From: a virus
Length of the DNA stretch: 46,299 nt
Virus genome (UHGV): UHGV-0173986
Reading direction: 5' to 3' (one strand)
Positions 35,780 through 46,274 of the stretch are shown here, in pieces. Both the position numbers and the translations under genes were made by a program. The notes beneath the pieces were generated by a model. It was not told where the DNA came from. It ran no database searches and saw nothing but the letters and a program-made list of their open reading frames with translations. How positions within the stretch are numbered: position 1 is the first letter of the stretch; the number at the start of each line of letters is the position of its first letter.

Positions 35780-38700
35780 ATGGCAAATAACATCATTAAA
35801 GGGCGCAAGGGTGGCGGCTCAAAGCAGCGTACACCGACGGAACAGCCGGATGATTTACAGTCCGTTGCGAAAGCCAAAATTCTGCTCGCATTAGGTGAGG
35901 GTGAATTTGCAGGTGGTTTAACCGGTAAAGATATTTATCTTGATGGCACCCCGCTTGAAAATGCTGATGGTTCGCAAAACTTCAGTGGCGTGTCCTGGGA
36001 ATTTCGCCCCGGCACGCAGGCTCAGACTTATATTCAGGGTATTCCCGGTACTGAAAATGAAATCAGTGTGGGATTGGAAGTTTCCAGCAAGACAGCCTGG
36101 ACCCATACCTTTACTAATACCCAGCTTTCTGCCGTTCGTTTTCGTCTGAAATGGCCGTCCCTGATGAAACAGGAAGATGACGGCGACGTGGTGGGCAATA
36201 CCGTCAGGTATGCGATTGACCTGCAGACCGACGGCGGCGCCTGGCAGACGGTGCTGGAAACCGCTGTCTCGGGTAAAACCACCACCGGTTATGAGCGGAG
36301 CCATCGTATTGATCTGCCCCAGGCCGGCAGTACTTGGACGCTACGTCTGCGTAAAATCTCTCCGGATGCAAACAGTGTCAAAACTGGCGACGTGATGACG
36401 CTGCAGAGCTATACCGAAGTGATTGACGCGAAGCTGCGTTATCCCAACACCGCACTGCTTTATATCGAGTTCGACTCCAGCCAGTTTAATGGCTCCATTC
36501 CGCAAATTTCCTGTGAGCCGCGTGGGCGCGTGATCCGGGTGCCGGATAACTACAATCCGGAAACCCGCGAATATACCGGCGTCTGGACCGGCGGGTTTAA
36601 ATGGGCCTGGACGGATAACCCGGCCTGGATCTATTACGACATTGTTATCGCTGACCGTTTTGGTCTCGGCAATCGTCTGAGCAGCGCCAATATTTCGAAA
36701 TGGACGTTGTACCAGATTGCACAGTACTGCGATCAGCTGGTTCCTGACGGGCGCGGTGGTGACGGCATGGAGCCGCGCTATACCTGTAACGTCTATGTCC
36801 AGGAACGCAACGATGCTTACACCGTGCTGCGAGATTTTGCCGCCATCTTCCGGGGCATGACCTGCTGGAACGGTGAGCAGATTGTTGTGCTGGCTGATAT
36901 GCCGCGTGATGTCGATTTTACTTATACGCGCGCCAATATTGTCGGCAAACCCCGTTATTCGAGCAGCAGCAGCCAGGTTCGGTACACCAACGCCCTGGTT
37001 TCCTGGTCTGATCCGGATAATGCTTATGCTGATGCGATGGAGCCTGCGTTTATCCCTGAACTGGTTTCCCGCTACAGTTTTAACCAGCTCGAAATGACCG
37101 CGATTGGCTGTACGCGCCAGAGCGAAGCCCACCGTAAGGGACTGTGGGGCATACTGACCAACAATAAGGACCGCATGGTCGAAATTGATGTGGGGCTGGA
37201 CGGTCGCATTCCTCAACCCGGTTATATCATTGCCCTGGCGGATGAGTTGCTGGCCGGACGGGTCAACGGCGGGCGAATCAGCGCGGTGAATGGCCGGGTG
37301 ATTACGCTGGATCGTGATGTGGATGCCAAACCTGGCGACCGCCTCCAGCTAAACCTGCCATCAGGGATCTCACAGAGCCGGACCATTCAGGCTGTTAATG
37401 GACGCCGGCAGATTACGGTCACAACGGCGTACAGTGAGACGCCGGAACGGGAATGCGTCTGGGCCATTGAATCCGATGACCTCTTCCTGCAGCAGTACCG
37501 GGTTACAGGGGTAAAAGAGAACAACGATGCCACCCTCACGATCACCGGCGTGGCACATGACCCGGATAAATTCGCCCGCATCGATACCGGCGCTATTATC
37601 GACCAACGCCCGGTTAGCGTATTGCCGGCGGGCAACCAGTCACCTCCTGACGATATTGTCATCACATCCCGCTCGGTCGTGAATCAGGGGATCAGCGTCG
37701 AAACGATGCAGGTTAACTGGTCAGCGGTCAGCGGTGCTATTGCCTACGAGGCGCAGTGGCGCCGTAACGACGGGAACTGGATTAATGTGCCGCGCAGCTC
37801 GACCACCTCGTTTGAGGTCAGCGGCATCTATGCCGGTCGTTACCTGGTTCGCGTCCGCGCGATCAATGCGGCGGAGATTTCGAGCGGGTGGGCGTATTCC
37901 GAAGAGAAAACCCTGACCGGCAAGGTCGGCGAGCCGCTGGCACCGCTGGCGCTGGCAACCCGTTCGCTGGTTCATGGGGTCCAGGTTAGCTGGGAGTTCC
38001 CGACCGGCTCCGGGGATACGCTGCGCACGGAACTGCAGTACAGCAAAAATCAGGACGGCAGTGCGCCGATGCCGTTATCAGACGTGGCCTATCCGGGGAA
38101 AAGCTATCAGCAGATGGGCCTCAGTATGGGCGCAGAATTCTGGTATCGGGCGCGCCTTGTTGATCGTCTGGGCAATGAAAGCCCGTGGACCGGCTGGGTC
38201 CAGGGGATGGCCAGCGATAACTTTGATGACTACTACGAAAACCTGACTGACGCGATCAAGGATACGGCTGCCTGGGAGGAAACGCAGCGTACCATTAGCG
38301 AAACGCAGGAAGGTATCCGCAATACGCAGCAGGAACTGGAGCAGACCGCTGAAGAGCTGCGTCAGGAAGCCGCAGATCAGGCGAAGCAGGTCAGCCAGAA
38401 TATTGATGCATCGGCGAAAAGCATCACTGCTGATGTGAATCAGCAGATAGCAGTTTTGAGCAAGTCGCTTGCCGACGGCGATGCCGCATTGAATGCGCAG
38501 ATTAAAACTGCCGAGAATGGCCTGAAGCAGTCGTTGTCTCAGGTCAACACCACGTTAACCAATGCGGTTAAGCAGGAAACTGCGGATCGTATCGCAGATA
38601 TTAACGCGAAGGCGGCACAGGCTGCTGATGAACTGCTGGCGGCAACGCAGGGGATTGAGGCGAGTATCGAGAGCCTGACTCAGGTAATGAAGAGTGCCGA

Positions 38701-41700
38701 TGAAAATCTGGCGCGGGAAATGTCCAGCCTCGCTGCCGGCGCCAATATCCAGTTCGATTCGCAGGTTATCTGGCATTTCAACAGTCAGACGACCGAGGGC
38801 TGGACCGGCAGCGCCGGCGTACCGGGTGTGTCCCGGGATGGCTGGTTACGCCCTGCGGACAGCGCCACCGATCCGTACATTACCTCTCCCGGCGGTCTGG
38901 CTGTCGATGGTGCAGCGTACCGCTTCATCATGCTGCGCTTTCGTAAAACCGGCAAACCAGTCTGGGCGGGTGAGATCCGTTGGGTGTCTGCCGGCGAAAA
39001 CTTTAATAACACGAAGCGATACATTGTTGCTGAGCCGGAATATGCCGATGGGGTGGCAACCCTGACGGTGCGTGATATTCCGTGGACAGGGAACATTGAT
39101 CGTATTCGCCTGGACCTGACGAACCAGCAGGATGCCAGCAACTTTATCGAATTCGACTGGATCGCCGTTGGCCGGCCAGCACCCGGCGCCAGTACGGCGG
39201 CTCTGCAGGATGTGCGCAGTACGCTGAGTAACGCGCTGACCTCCGAAGCACAGGCACGCAGCACGCTGGCGGCGCAGATGCGTGGCTCCTATGATGGCAG
39301 CGATCTGGAGAAAGTCACCTCCGGGCTGCTATACCAGGAAAAAACGGCGCGCGTTACCGCCATCCAGGCGGAAGTTAAGGCCAGAGAGTCCCTTCAGACG
39401 CAGTTTAACGACAACAAAGCTGCTGTTTCTGGTGAACTGAGTTCTCTGACGACAGAGCAGCGCGCGCAGGCGAGCCGTATCGGTGGTCTGGAAACCAGCC
39501 TCGGGAAAAAAGCCGATGCGACCGCGCTGACGTCCCTGACGCAGAAAGTTGAGCAACAGGGCGCCACGCTGACATCGCAGGGCGCCGCGTTAACATCACT
39601 CACTAACCGGGTGGGCCAGACGGAAACGGGCCTGGCTGGTACGAATGAGGCGCTGAGCGGGCTGCAGTCTGTTGTTACCCGTCAGGGCGACAGGATAACC
39701 AGCCAGGGTCAGTCCATCACAAAACTGACGAGCGATTTGGGCACGACAAATTCCGCGCTGGTGAAGAAAGCCGAAGCGGCTGCGGTCACTGCCTTAACGC
39801 AGCAGGTGGAGCAAAACGGGCGGGATATTCGCAGCAATACTGACAGTATCACCCGCCTGTCGAATCAGCTGGTCAATGGCCAGCCGAATAGCTGGTCCCG
39901 TCGGATCTATCCTGTGCAGCTGGCTAACGCCGTGACAGTCCCGTCATTCAGCGATATTCGCGCCGTGGCGCCAGTGGTCGTGGATGAGGTGGCCGACGCG
40001 ACCAGACTGGACTTTACGTCCGCCGGGAGCTATCTGATCGCGCTGTATTCCTGCCAGGTGAAAGTGGCGGCCGATACCACCATCACAATGACGCCCGGTA
40101 ACAGGGTTTTTGATGATACCGGTGCTGTATTTGTAAATGGCGTTCAGGTTGCCTGGGGAAACGCCAGCTGGACTACCGTCAGTTTTGATCTGAAAGCCGG
40201 CTGGAACACAGTTGAGTTTCTGGTGAATCAGTGGGCTGGCCAGGCGTATATCAACCTGGGACTGAAGCTGTCAGACAAGGTTGCTGAGATGTACTCCGGT
40301 CTCGGTGTTTCCGCGCTGGCAAACGCAGCCGGCGTACTCAGCTCGAATGTCAGCCAGATTGGCAACCATGTGGTCAGCAATTCGCAGAGCATCACCCAGC
40401 TCCGGAATGCGCTGACGCAGACAGACGCGAATGTGGCCAGCAAAGCGGATCAGACGGCGATGAACTCCCTAACCGGACGAGTGGAGAAGACGGAGTCCGG
40501 TCTGACGGCGGCGAACAGCAACATTACGTCGCTCAGCAGCTCTCTGAGCCAGCAATCCAAACGCGGCGCTAATCTGCTTCCTGATGGCACTTTTGAAAGT
40601 TACGCGGTTGGTCACAATCTGGCGAATAACCGTGCCATCGTGACCACTGACGACTCGCATGGCGGCAATAAATGCATTCGTGTGACGCGTCCGAATGACT
40701 ACAATGCCAATGCAACTGACAACACTGACACCCACATTTTCAGCGGATTCCAGGTTCGCGATAACGCAGTCTTCTATATGGAATGCTGGGTTAAGCTGGA
40801 TTCCAGGAGTACCGCTATGGCCGGGAACGTGCAGATTTCCGTCGGCTTATCGCTCCAGTATCAGGACAACTCCTGGCAGTGGCCGGCAGTTACCAAAGCG
40901 GCAAAGGATCTCTCTTCAACTCAATGGACGAAGGTTTCTGGTTACCTGAAATCAACGAAGAGCGGTATTAAGCAGGCAATGGTCAGGATTTCTATTCCTA
41001 ACGTTAGCAGCGTTAAGGCGGGTAACTCATTCCTCATTGATGACCTGGTCATTACCGAAGTGACTGATGCCTACAATGCGCAAAGTACAGCAGATGCTAA
41101 CGCTAATGCGATTTCAACACTGAACTCGACCGTATCCCAACAGGGCGGCCAGATCAACAGTCAGGGTAACAGCATCACTAAACTGATAAATGACCTGGCG
41201 ACGACTAATAATAACGTCAGCAATAAAGCAGACGCTAATGCTCTGACGGCACTGACCAACCGTGTTACCCAGACCGAAAAAGACATTAACTCAACGAGTT
41301 CTTCTGTCACGAATCTGAACAACAAGGTTGATGCAATTTCTGTCGGGGGTACAAACCTGATCAAGAACTCCGGCGATATGACCGGCTGGTCGAACGTTGT
41401 CAGCGATACGTATCGTGGTAACGCGGTAATTAGCGCAACTGTAAAAGCCGGCGCCGGTTACAGGGATTTGCGGGAAATCACGCTTGAGTCGCCGGTCGAT
41501 GCAGGGGAGTACGTTTACAGCTTCTATGCGAAAGGCGGCGTTGCTGGCCAGACGATGACGGCGTTCTTCTACAATCCGAACACCACAACGTCTATCGAGA
41601 CCAGCCAGGGTGCGAAAGGTAACAACACTGATGGTCGTGCGCAGTTCACGCTGACCACTTCATGGGCCCGTTATTGGGTTAAGTGGAAACAGACACCTAC

Positions 41701-44596
41701 CACGGGCACGAAGCGCCTGATTCTGTGCCGTATCGAGAGCAATACCTCCAAAGACCAGACGGTGTACATCAACAGTCCGAAGTTTGAGGTAGGTAACGTT
41801 GTTTCCGACTGGAACGAGTCTCCGTCTGATAGCGCCAGTGCGTCGGCTGTGGATTCGCTGACAACGAAAGTGAATCAGCAAGGCACTTCCATTAGCTCTA
41901 TCGGAAATCGCACTACATCGTTGGAAAACAGGTTATCGACAGCTCAGAACAACATTGCCAAGAAGGCTGATGCTTCTGCATTGCAGGATCTCCGGAACAC
42001 GGTGACATCTCAGGGGGGCGATTTAACCGCGGCGAACAGTAGCATTACCAGCCTGCAGGCCTCGATGAACCGTCGCACTGTGTTTACTGTCACTGCACGG
42101 GGGAATGGCAACAGCGTAACTCCTGGGGTTTTTGATGAAAGCGGCAAAAACCTGTTTACCCCTGGTCGCAGCTGGGCACTGGTCACTTTTGCAAAACACA
42201 GCAACGGATCAACGGTGATTGCGACATCCAAAACATACGATGTCTTTGGCCGCGCGAATAATGGCGCCACGATGTCGGCTGATATCGAGGCGTTGGCCAG
42301 TGGCACTTACGTTTGCGTCCTGACATTCGATGAGCCATCTGGCAACCGAGGTAAGATATTGTCTGCTCTGGAATCTCTTGGTGGTACATCCGAAGTCGTC
42401 AACTCCCTGCCGTATCGTGGTGCCTATATTCTCCTTGGCCGCAAAGGCATGAGGCCGGGCGATGGTCTGGAACTGCGTGCGCCAACCGGTGGTGACGCCA
42501 CTGCCCACATTTCGACCTCAGTCGAGTTTGTGAACGGGGTAATGATGGGACTGGGCGCCGCCGGCGGTGTGATGATGAAGGCTGATGCGAACGCGTCGGC
42601 AATTACCACGCTCCAGAACACAGTGAAGGCCCAGGGGGGTAATATTGACTCCCTGAGTTCCTCGGTAACGGCGCTGGAGAACAGCCTCAGGTCGACAAAC
42701 GATACGGTGAGTAAAAAGGCCGACACGTCCGCGGTGAGTTCACTGACCGGTCGCGTAAGCCAGGTGGAAAACACCATCACCAGCCAGTCGCAGAGCATCA
42801 CGTCGCTGACCAGCACCATCAATACCATCCGCACTCAGGGAGCTAATCCGTGGGTTGACGGTACGTTCGAAAGCTACGGAGATGGTCATGTGCTGGGCGG
42901 GAGAGGCACCGCCGTTGTGGTGGAGTCGCAGAAATTCACCGGCAATAAGAGCCTGCAGGTGAGCCGGGGGGCGAACAATAACGGCAACAGCGATAAACAG
43001 CTTGGGAGCTGGCAGTCAGTCCGTGAGGATGCGAAGTTCCGGTTTGAGTTCTGGGCCATGATGCCGTCGGATCAGAAACCCTCCTCCGGGTGGACAACGC
43101 TGGTCGGTATCAACTCACTGAATGCTGCTGGTCAAAACTCCTGGCAGTCGGCGGTCACTGTCAGCGAAGCCGCTCTTGGTGCGCGTGATAAGTGGGTGAA
43201 ATTTACGGGTATTGCCAGTAACAACGGGGGTGGCAGAACACGCGCGGTGGTCTGGATCTCCACCCGTGGCGCCTCCGGCAGCGGCACCCCCGGTTATTCG
43301 CTGTATATCGACGATCTGGTTATCACGGATGTTACCGATGCGAAAGCGGCACAGGATGCCTCTGACGCGACGGCGAGTGCCGTAAGCGGTCTGACGGCTC
43401 GCGTAACGGATGCCGAAGGGAAAATCACTGCCCAGGCGCAGCAGCAGACGGCACTGGCCACGAAAGTGGATAACGCCAACTCCCGCGTCGATAACATGGC
43501 GAAGACGCTGAGCGACAGCCAGAGCACACAGGCCAGCCTGAATACCTCGCTTCAGTCGCAGATTGACGCCCAGGCGGCCGCCAACATCAAAAACCAGACG
43601 ACGCTGGACAACACGATTAAATCGGTGGCCAGTATCACCAGTACCCAGCAGACGCATGCAACGGCACTGGAGGCGCTGGCAACGCAGCAGACGACCCTGA
43701 CATCCAGTGTCGGGGATCTCAGCGCTTCCGTTCAGAACACCGCTAAAACCGTGGCGGATGTGAATGGTACGGTGAGTTCGCTGTGGTCGATGAAGGTTGA
43801 GACGGTTAACGGGAAGAATGTTGGCGCGGGGATTACGCTGGGCAGCAATGGTCAAACGAGCGACATGATCCTCTACGCCGACCGCTTCTCGCTGTTTAAC
43901 CGTAACAATGCGACGGCAGTGCCGGTGATGATTGCCGAAGGCAATGAACTGTATATCGATACGGCACGTATCAAAAACAGTTCCCTGACCTCAACCAAAA
44001 TCGCGGACGGTTCCATCACGAACGCGAAGATCGGCAACGAGATCCGCTCGAATAACTTTGTTGACGGGTCGCAAGGCTGGCGTATCGCCAAGGATGGCTC
44101 TTCGCAGTTCAATAACGTGATCGTTCGTGGCAGGGTCGAAGCGAATAGCGGCGTGTTCCGTGGCACTGTCCAGGCGGATGCGTTCATCGGTGACATTGCG
44201 GTGGCAAAAGGTTACGACAGCCTGACCTTCCGCCGCAACCAGACGGTACAGCGGAACGGTGCGTATCAGAATAGGGGGTATAGCATGACAGTGGTTCTGG
44301 CCTGCACCCTGGTGTGCCAGACCTATGGGACGGGCAGTGGCCTGGGGTATACCTCTGATATTACGTTCAACATTGGTGGGCAGGAGGTAACCCGCCGTAT
44401 CTTCGTCGATGCCGGTAATATCACAGCTGGCACCACGGCCTTTGAATTGCGGTTTGCCGCGCGCCTGAATGCTGACTACAACAATGTCGGCTTCTTTATC
44501 AAGGCTACAGGTCGAAATGCCGCGATTGATTACACCTGCACAGTCGAGAACATCACCGCAACCGCCTTCCGAACGGACAGCAGTTCATTTAGCTAA
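35780..44596 (+). CDS. J: Central tail fiber / host-specificity protein J, greatly extended (2938 aa versus about 1130 in lambda)
   Basis: The N-terminal ~1100 aa is J-like (MANNIIKGRKGGGSKQRTPTEQPDD..., FN3-type repeats). A middle ~1700 aa holds three blocks of tail-fiber-type repeats (KADxxAL/VxxLTxRVxQxE...) each followed by a CBM-like beta-sandwich segment (GTFESYAVGHNLANNRAIV..., GTNLIKNSGDMTGWS..., NPWVDGTFESYGDGHVLGGRGTAVV...). A C-terminal ~250 aa distal domain closes it. Confidence 0.85.
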   Translation: MANNIIKGRKGGGSKQRTPTEQPDDLQSVAKAKILLALGEGEFAGGLTGKDIYLDGTPLENADGSQNFSGVSWEFRPGTQAQTYIQGIPGTENEISVGLEVSSKTAWTHTFTNTQLSAVRFRLKWPSLMKQEDDGDVVGNTVRYAIDLQTDGGAWQTVLETAVSGKTTTGYERSHRIDLPQAGSTWTLRLRKISPDANSVKTGDVMTLQSYTEVIDAKLRYPNTALLYIEFDSSQFNGSIPQISCEPRGRVIRVPDNYNPETREYTGVWTGGFKWAWTDNPAWIYYDIVIADRFGLGNRLSSANISKWTLYQIAQYCDQLVPDGRGGDGMEPRYTCNVYVQERNDAYTVLRDFAAIFRGMTCWNGEQIVVLADMPRDVDFTYTRANIVGKPRYSSSSSQVRYTNALVSWSDPDNAYADAMEPAFIPELVSRYSFNQLEMTAIGCTRQSEAHRKGLWGILTNNKDRMVEIDVGLDGRIPQPGYIIALADELLAGRVNGGRISAVNGRVITLDRDVDAKPGDRLQLNLPSGISQSRTIQAVNGRRQITVTTAYSETPERECVWAIESDDLFLQQYRVTGVKENNDATLTITGVAHDPDKFARIDTGAIIDQRPVSVLPAGNQSPPDDIVITSRSVVNQGISVETMQVNWSAVSGAIAYEAQWRRNDGNWINVPRSSTTSFEVSGIYAGRYLVRVRAINAAEISSGWAYSEEKTLTGKVGEPLAPLALATRSLVHGVQVSWEFPTGSGDTLRTELQYSKNQDGSAPMPLSDVAYPGKSYQQMGLSMGAEFWYRARLVDRLGNESPWTGWVQGMASDNFDDYYENLTDAIKDTAAWEETQRTISETQEGIRNTQQELEQTAEELRQEAADQAKQVSQNIDASAKSITADVNQQIAVLSKSLADGDAALNAQIKTAENGLKQSLSQVNTTLTNAVKQETADRIADINAKAAQAADELLAATQGIEASIESLTQVMKSADENLAREMSSLAAGANIQFDSQVIWHFNSQTTEGWTGSAGVPGVSRDGWLRPADSATDPYITSPGGLAVDGAAYRFIMLRFRKTGKPVWAGEIRWVSAGENFNNTKRYIVAEPEYADGVATLTVRDIPWTGNIDRIRLDLTNQQDASNFIEFDWIAVGRPAPGASTAALQDVRSTLSNALTSEAQARSTLAAQMRGSYDGSDLEKVTSGLLYQEKTARVTAIQAEVKARESLQTQFNDNKAAVSGELSSLTTEQRAQASRIGGLETSLGKKADATALTSLTQKVEQQGATLTSQGAALTSLTNRVGQTETGLAGTNEALSGLQSVVTRQGDRITSQGQSITKLTSDLGTTNSALVKKAEAAAVTALTQQVEQNGRDIRSNTDSITRLSNQLVNGQPNSWSRRIYPVQLANAVTVPSFSDIRAVAPVVVDEVADATRLDFTSAGSYLIALYSCQVKVAADTTITMTPGNRVFDDTGAVFVNGVQVAWGNASWTTVSFDLKAGWNTVEFLVNQWAGQAYINLGLKLSDKVAEMYSGLGVSALANAAGVLSSNVSQIGNHVVSNSQSITQLRNALTQTDANVASKADQTAMNSLTGRVEKTESGLTAANSNITSLSSSLSQQSKRGANLLPDGTFESYAVGHNLANNRAIVTTDDSHGGNKCIRVTRPNDYNANATDNTDTHIFSGFQVRDNAVFYMECWVKLDSRSTAMAGNVQISVGLSLQYQDNSWQWPAVTKAAKDLSSTQWTKVSGYLKSTKSGIKQAMVRISIPNVSSVKAGNSFLIDDLVITEVTDAYNAQSTADANANAISTLNSTVSQQGGQINSQGNSITKLINDLATTNNNVSNKADANALTALTNRVTQTEKDINSTSSSVTNLNNKVDAISVGGTNLIKNSGDMTGWSNVVSDTYRGNAVISATVKAGAGYRDLREITLESPVDAGEYVYSFYAKGGVAGQTMTAFFYNPNTTTSIETSQGAKGNNTDGRAQFTLTTSWARYWVKWKQTPTTGTKRLILCRIESNTSKDQTVYINSPKFEVGNVVSDWNESPSDSASASAVDSLTTKVNQQGTSISSIGNRTTSLENRLSTAQNNIAKKADASALQDLRNTVTSQGGDLTAANSSITSLQASMNRRTVFTVTARGNGNSVTPGVFDESGKNLFTPGRSWALVTFAKHSNGSTVIATSKTYDVFGRANNGATMSADIEALASGTYVCVLTFDEPSGNRGKILSALESLGGTSEVVNSLPYRGAYILLGRKGMRPGDGLELRAPTGGDATAHISTSVEFVNGVMMGLGAAGGVMMKADANASAITTLQNTVKAQGGNIDSLSSSVTALENSLRSTNDTVSKKADTSAVSSLTGRVSQVENTITSQSQSITSLTSTINTIRTQGANPWVDGTFESYGDGHVLGGRGTAVVVESQKFTGNKSLQVSRGANNNGNSDKQLGSWQSVREDAKFRFEFWAMMPSDQKPSSGWTTLVGINSLNAAGQNSWQSAVTVSEAALGARDKWVKFTGIASNNGGGRTRAVVWISTRGASGSGTPGYSLYIDDLVITDVTDAKAAQDASDATASAVSGLTARVTDAEGKITAQAQQQTALATKVDNANSRVDNMAKTLSDSQSTQASLNTSLQSQIDAQAAANIKNQTTLDNTIKSVASITSTQQTHATALEALATQQTTLTSSVGDLSASVQNTAKTVADVNGTVSSLWSMKVETVNGKNVGAGITLGSNGQTSDMILYADRFSLFNRNNATAVPVMIAEGNELYIDTARIKNSSLTSTKIADGSITNAKIGNEIRSNNFVDGSQGWRIAKDGSSQFNNVIVRGRVEANSGVFRGTVQADAFIGDIAVAKGYDSLTFRRNQTVQRNGAYQNRGYSMTVVLACTLVCQTYGTGSGLGYTSDITFNIGGQEVTRRIFVDAGNITAGTTAFELRFAARLNADYNNVGFFIKATGRNAAIDYTCTVENITATAFRTDSSSFS

Positions 44597-44598
44597 CA

Positions 44599-44625
44599 GA
44601 GGCCCCGCCAGGGGCCTTTTCTTTT
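44599..44625 (+). terminator. Intrinsic terminator-like hairpin after J
   Basis: aggcccc-gcca-ggggcct followed by TTTTCTTTTT. Confidence 0.5.
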
Positions 44626-44657
44626 TCCAGGGAAAACCATCCAGGAGCAACTTTATT

Positions 44658-46154
44658 ATGGCGATGTATGAAGTCGGCACCGTCACGGGTGCAGCGTCGC
44701 AAGCACGGGTGACAGGTGCGACAACAAAATGGTCACAGGTGGCGCTGGGGATACTGCCCGGGTCGATTCTGGTGGTCTACCGCAGCGGTAGTGCTGACCT
44801 GTATGCGATCAAATCTGTGGACAGCGACACGCAACTGACGCTGACCCGGAATATCACCACCGCATTTTCCGGTGCCTCTTACGGCATTATTACAGCTGAA
44901 ACCGCCAGCACCTCGTCGTTTGCTAACCAGCTGGCCAGCGCGTTTGCATTCTGGCGTAGTGTAGTGGAGGGCTGGTCGATGGCCCTGACCGGCAGCGGCA
45001 ATATTACCCTGACTGACCCGATCACAGGAAAGCAGGTGACCGTGCCGGCGATAGCCGGGATGGCGAAAGCATCGGATCTTAACGCGCTGGCAAAACTCAC
45101 CGGAGGAAACAACCTCGCCGGCTCGCAAATTATAACTAGCGATAATTCCGGTTTTATTTTGGGCAGGAACTCAGATCTGGCTCTGCTTAAAAAACAAGGG
45201 CAAGGCGGGACAATTGCCGTCGGCTCGGGAACACCGTTCAGGGTTCAGCGTTCAAGAGCGACCACTGTATCACCGTCAGAAACCTATGATGACATCCTCG
45301 TTATTGGCACCAATAACCAGACGACGTTGCCCGGAGATTTGGTTGTCGGTGGTGGTTTCGATAATACGGCAAAGGGCAAGCTGTATTCCCAGGCGTTAGA
45401 GCTGTCGATGGGCACTCCGTACATCGATTTTCACCATAACAAAAGTGCTAACGACTACACCGCACGCCTCATCACCACCTCTGCAGACCAGCTGAGTGTG
45501 CAGGGAAGCCATCTACGGGTAGACAGAGACCTGCGGGTGGGGCAAGCGGCCGACATCGGCAGTTGGATACAGTGTCGCTATGACTGTGTGTCGCAGCGGA
45601 GCGACTTCGGTTCCCCTGCCATTGGCTCGTTAGTTTCCGGGGGCAGAGTTCGGTCCCGCATATCAGGGCGCGGAGGAAACGGGGACACATCAGGAGCGTG
45701 GGGGGGATTCTACCTTGAGGAGTACGTAGGCACTGAGCACCGGATCGTTCTGTACATGGATGGGTTCGGCAGGACGGACGCGTGGACCTTCCGCTCTGGC
45801 GGTGCCGTCTCCACCCCGAAGGGGGATGTCATGACCACCGGCTCAGACGTGCGGCTGAAAGAGGATTTTACGGAATCCCAGGAAGGGGCCTCCAGGCGTA
45901 TTAACGCGCTGGGGATATGTGAGTTCAACATGAAAGGCGAAACACGCCGTAGGCGTGGATTTATTGCTCAACAAGCTGAAAAAGTTGACCCGATTTACAC
46001 CTTTCAAAGCGGCGATGTAGAAATTGATGGCGAGAAGATCAATATCCTTAACGTAGACCATACGGCCATCATCGCGGATCTTGTTCTTACGGTGCAGGAG
46101 TTAACAAAACAAGTGCGTGATTTGAACAAGCAGGTTCAAACAAAAGAGTACTGA
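44658..46154 (+). CDS. stf: Side tail fiber protein with a C-terminal intramolecular-chaperone (peptidase S74) domain
   Basis: MAMYEVGTVTGAASQARVTGATTKWSQVALGILPGS... fiber N-terminus. C-terminal ...SDVRLKEDFTESQEGASRRINALGICEFNMKGE...RRRGFIAQQAEKVDPIYT... matches the S74 auto-chaperone motif (DxRLKxxI...G.IAQE). Confidence 0.8.
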   Translation: MAMYEVGTVTGAASQARVTGATTKWSQVALGILPGSILVVYRSGSADLYAIKSVDSDTQLTLTRNITTAFSGASYGIITAETASTSSFANQLASAFAFWRSVVEGWSMALTGSGNITLTDPITGKQVTVPAIAGMAKASDLNALAKLTGGNNLAGSQIITSDNSGFILGRNSDLALLKKQGQGGTIAVGSGTPFRVQRSRATTVSPSETYDDILVIGTNNQTTLPGDLVVGGGFDNTAKGKLYSQALELSMGTPYIDFHHNKSANDYTARLITTSADQLSVQGSHLRVDRDLRVGQAADIGSWIQCRYDCVSQRSDFGSPAIGSLVSGGRVRSRISGRGGNGDTSGAWGGFYLEEYVGTEHRIVLYMDGFGRTDAWTFRSGGAVSTPKGDVMTTGSDVRLKEDFTESQEGASRRINALGICEFNMKGETRRRRGFIAQQAEKVDPIYTFQSGDVEIDGEKINILNVDHTAIIADLVLTVQELTKQVRDLNKQVQTKEY

Positions 46155-46274
46155 TTGAGAGAAAATAGGTTATCAAAACTCGGATAATTTATCATGTAAT
46201 CAGCATGTTAGAATTAACATAAAAATGGTTCTAGACAAGTGTTCAGAAACATATTTTTTCAAAAAATCAAAGGA

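Noticed and set aside
36341-37216. 291-aa minus-strand ORF inside J
   Set aside because: Same reasoning: antisense shadow ORF of the J coding frame, with no start context.
38300-43700. Periodic nucleotide repeats in J considered as a CRISPR-like or tandem-repeat array
   Set aside because: The periodicity is at the protein level (fiber repeats and CBM-like modules) inside one continuous ORF. There are no direct repeat-spacer units.
43115-43855. 246-aa minus-strand ORF inside J
   Set aside because: Antisense to a long, GC-rich, well-supported coding region. The product is R/G/C-rich and low-complexity with no RBS. It is a typical antisense shadow ORF.
46168-46187. Possible attR (GGTTATCAAAACTCGG, resembling the attL-arm repeats)
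   Set aside because: No duplicated icd 3' segment nearby, and the sequence continues into another AT-rich gene. The prophage right end is probably beyond the window.
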